NCBI GenBank assembly: GCA_016748015.1
Contig: JAAOMT010000777.1
Coordinates: 477,393 to 541,392 of the forward strand
DNA from: Geosiphon pyriformis uo1
Taxonomy: Eukaryota; Fungi; Glomeromycota
Direction of reading: 5' to 3'
Length of the DNA: 64,000 bases
Made by a program: the position numbers and the translations under genes. The notes under the pieces are model-generated. The model saw only the letters and a list, made by a program, of their open reading frames with translations, ran no database searches and had not been told where the DNA came from. Every line of letters begins with the position of its first letter. Positions within the stretch are counted from its first letter, which is position 1. Of this stretch, positions 61,501-64,000 are shown piece by piece.

Positions 61501-63991
61501 ATATTCTTCTTCAGGTAAAATGCAGGCTCCCATTGATGAGAGTTTCTTGTGGCAATCTTTGCATTTGAGTGGAATGTAAGGGCATTGTTTTTGTGGTTCT
61601 GGTTTTGAATAGGGGACATTCCATTTGGTTGTTACTGGTTTTTTTGTTTCAAGAGAATCATTTGTTAAAAAGTACTGTTGTTCAGTTTTATCAGCCCAAT
61701 TGGAGGTTAATCCAAGTGCCATAAACATTTCAATGATGGGTTTTTCCTTTTCTGGTTTGAATTCAAAAGCTGAGGCTTTTTCAGAATGTTTGTTGAATGT
61801 ACCACAAGTAGCGGATATTCAGGTATGTTGTCCTTGATAGGAGAGTTGTAATTTTTGGGTTTCCTAGTCTAATTTTGCATTGGCTTTTTGGAGCCAATCA
61901 TTTCTGACAAGAGCTTAATACTGGGGCATGTTCATTACAAGAACTTTGACTGGAATGGTGATTCCATCAAGAGTGAACAGAAAATTGTCAATTTCTTCTA
62001 CTGGAGTCTTTTTTATGCCATCAGCAGTGACGATTACTGTTTGAGCTGGTTGGTCGACATTTCTCTTCAACTGTTGTATTAACTGGTAGATGATAATGCT
62101 TCTGGCAGATCTACTGTCTAGGATCAAGCAAATTGTCTTTTCTTCGACTTTTGTTTCAGTGTACATAGCTGTGATTGCTTTTTGTTCATTGGCGACTGCA
62201 TTGCTAAGCAGGAATGGTGACTCATTTGCTTCGAACTCAAAAGAGAATATATCTGAAAGGTTGGTGTTTTCAGTAATTCTGGCTGGTGGGATTGTGATGG
62301 AAGTATAAGAAGGGTTTTGTTGTTATGCTGCAGCTCTACCTTCCAAAGGTGCAGTATGGTGAAAATCCTGTTCTTCTGGCATTGTTAAATAACTGGGTTG
62401 AGTGTGATAGTGGTTGGGTCTTGGTTGAGTGGAATTTCAGAGAACCAATTAGTTGTTCGAACTGATTCTATTGTTGTTTACTTGGTATCGGTTTTGTGGT
62501 GTGAATTGATTTTGTGTAATCAGTCTTTGAGCAGGTACTTAATAATGTTGTGTGGGTGGTTGTTGGTATTGCTGTTGGATTGGCTGTGGGGCAGGATTGA
62601 TAATAGTTATTTTGATATTGGAGTCTTGGTGGATAGTAAGCTGGTAGTGGTAGTTGATAATAAGATTGCTGTGGTGGAGGGTAATGTTGATTACTCCTAT
62701 TTTGTTGGTCTCATTGTAGCTTTTTGCAATCTTTTTTCCAGTGGCCAGAGATTCCACAATAATGGCAATTCTGAGGCTGGTTATTAGAAAGTGGTGCAAA
62801 GTTATTTTGATTTCGTCTTTGGGGTGGTTGATATCTTTGGGGTTGTTGTTGTTGTTGATTGGTGAAATAGTTTTCAACCTTTTTTGTGAGTTGGCCAATT
62901 TTTTCTTCAGCTACTGAGCTGGTTTCTCCAATTGCCAAATTTATAAGTTTTGTGCAATTGGTCTCTTCTATGGCCATTTCATATCTTTTCGCATGCTGTA
63001 TGGCAGAGTTTAAATCTTCTGGCACATGTGGGCGAATTTTTTTAATTAGTTTATCTTTTAGACCAGCGATAAATTGATCCAAGATTTGAGCATTGGAATA
63101 ATAATTGTTTGTTTCGAGTTGGCAAATTTGTCTGAGAAGTTTGTTGAATTTCTCAATATAAGTCATAACAGATTTGAAGGATTCTTATTTGATATTGTGA
63201 AACCGATTTTGAAGGGTAATAGAGATATTATTGTCAGTGAACTGTTCAAGGAAGGCTGCTTTGAAAGCATCCCAATCATTGAATAAAGCAGCCAAGTTTT
63301 CAAACCATTCTCTTGCTGTTTCTTTGAGAAAGTAGGGAATTGTTCTTAACATTCTGGCAGCATTCTATCCATTTACATTTCCCACTTTAGTAACTTGATT
63401 GAGCCATTCTTGGAGACTGGTCTCAATGTTTTCTCCATTAAATTCAGGGATTTTTGTGATGTATGCTGTCATTTCATCTTCTTTGTTTTCACTGTCTATT
63501 GATTCTTCTTCAGTTATTTCAGAGTTGTTTTCTTTGTTCGCTGCTGTCTCAGAGTGTTCACTTTGATTTTCAGCTAGAAAATCAAGAAGATTAGAACTAG
63601 TTTGAAGGAGTTCTTGCTGTCTGATGGGACTTCTGAGTGATGTAAAATCTTCTGGTCTCGCAAATCAATTCAAAAGTGAATTAGGTGTTTGTGCTTGTGC
63701 AAGTAAAGCTGGAAAAGGTGTGATGATGAATGGAAGTTTTGAACTGGTTCCTTGTTCAGGTGTTTGTAAGTGTTTGGCAGTTGTTTTTGGTAGTATTGGA
63801 GTATTTGGGGTGGTTTTTGAGTATTGCTTCAATTTGTGTTTGCCTTTGTTGCTTGTTTCTGTTTCCAATTCAAAATCAATAGAGTATTGAGACTGCACTG
63901 GATATGTTTCTTCACAGTACTTGATAATGTTAAAATTAAGTTCTTGAAAGTAAGTGGCAAGTGTTTCACTGTTAAGGTCTTCAGTTTCCAA
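58570..63991 (-). pseudogene. gag-pol of family B: capsid, knuckle, protease, Cys-rich domain, dUTPase (~60410-60870), RT, RNase H
   Basis: dUTPase AHEIDAGYDL, GGIIDAGYTGDI, KIAQAI, RTQGFGST in ORF 59863-61356; PR LILDSRSARSII; RT LDLESGYWQV; RNase H ends NVDCLSRIRQD* at 58570-58572. Confidence 0.92.
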
Positions 63992-64000
63992 CTGTGAATA

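Larger units (their letters stand above)
55337..64000 (-). mobile_element. Ty3/Gypsy LTR retrotransposon, family B (5' end beyond window)
   Basis: 3' LTR 55337-56326, PPT ~56330-56340, ORF3, integrase, RNase H, RT (YLDD near 59370), dUTPase, Cys-rich domain, protease, and gag with CHYCGISGHWKKDC. Confidence 0.94.

Overview
Eukaryotic, intron-containing fungal DNA. The TE repertoire and gene style resemble Glomeromycotina such as Geosiphon; this is an inference from memory, not a database result. About 75% of the window is nested, C>T/G>A-eroded transposable elements. (1) 1-22.5 kb: a minus-strand Ty3/Gypsy element. It carries two insertions: a complete plus-strand relative (10800-20930) and a non-autonomous LTR derivative (579-4484), whose 3' LTR is itself hit by a solo LTR of a second family. 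(2) 25.2-29.5 kb: a pogo/Tigger DNA transposon with cargo. (3) LINE remnants, an ORF1-only LINE derivative and extremely AT-rich tracts. (4) 55.3-64 kb: a second-family Gypsy element. An intact three-gene island at 32-45 kb encodes VPS15, a SYLF/Ysc84 protein and a Clr2-like silencing protein with an unusual C-terminal extension. The most striking signal is the shared architecture of the Gypsy elements, seen in three copies from two families: gag-PR-[Cys-rich domain]-dUTPase-RT-RNaseH-STOP, then a separately initiated integrase ORF, then a conserved non-env third ORF ending at the PPT.
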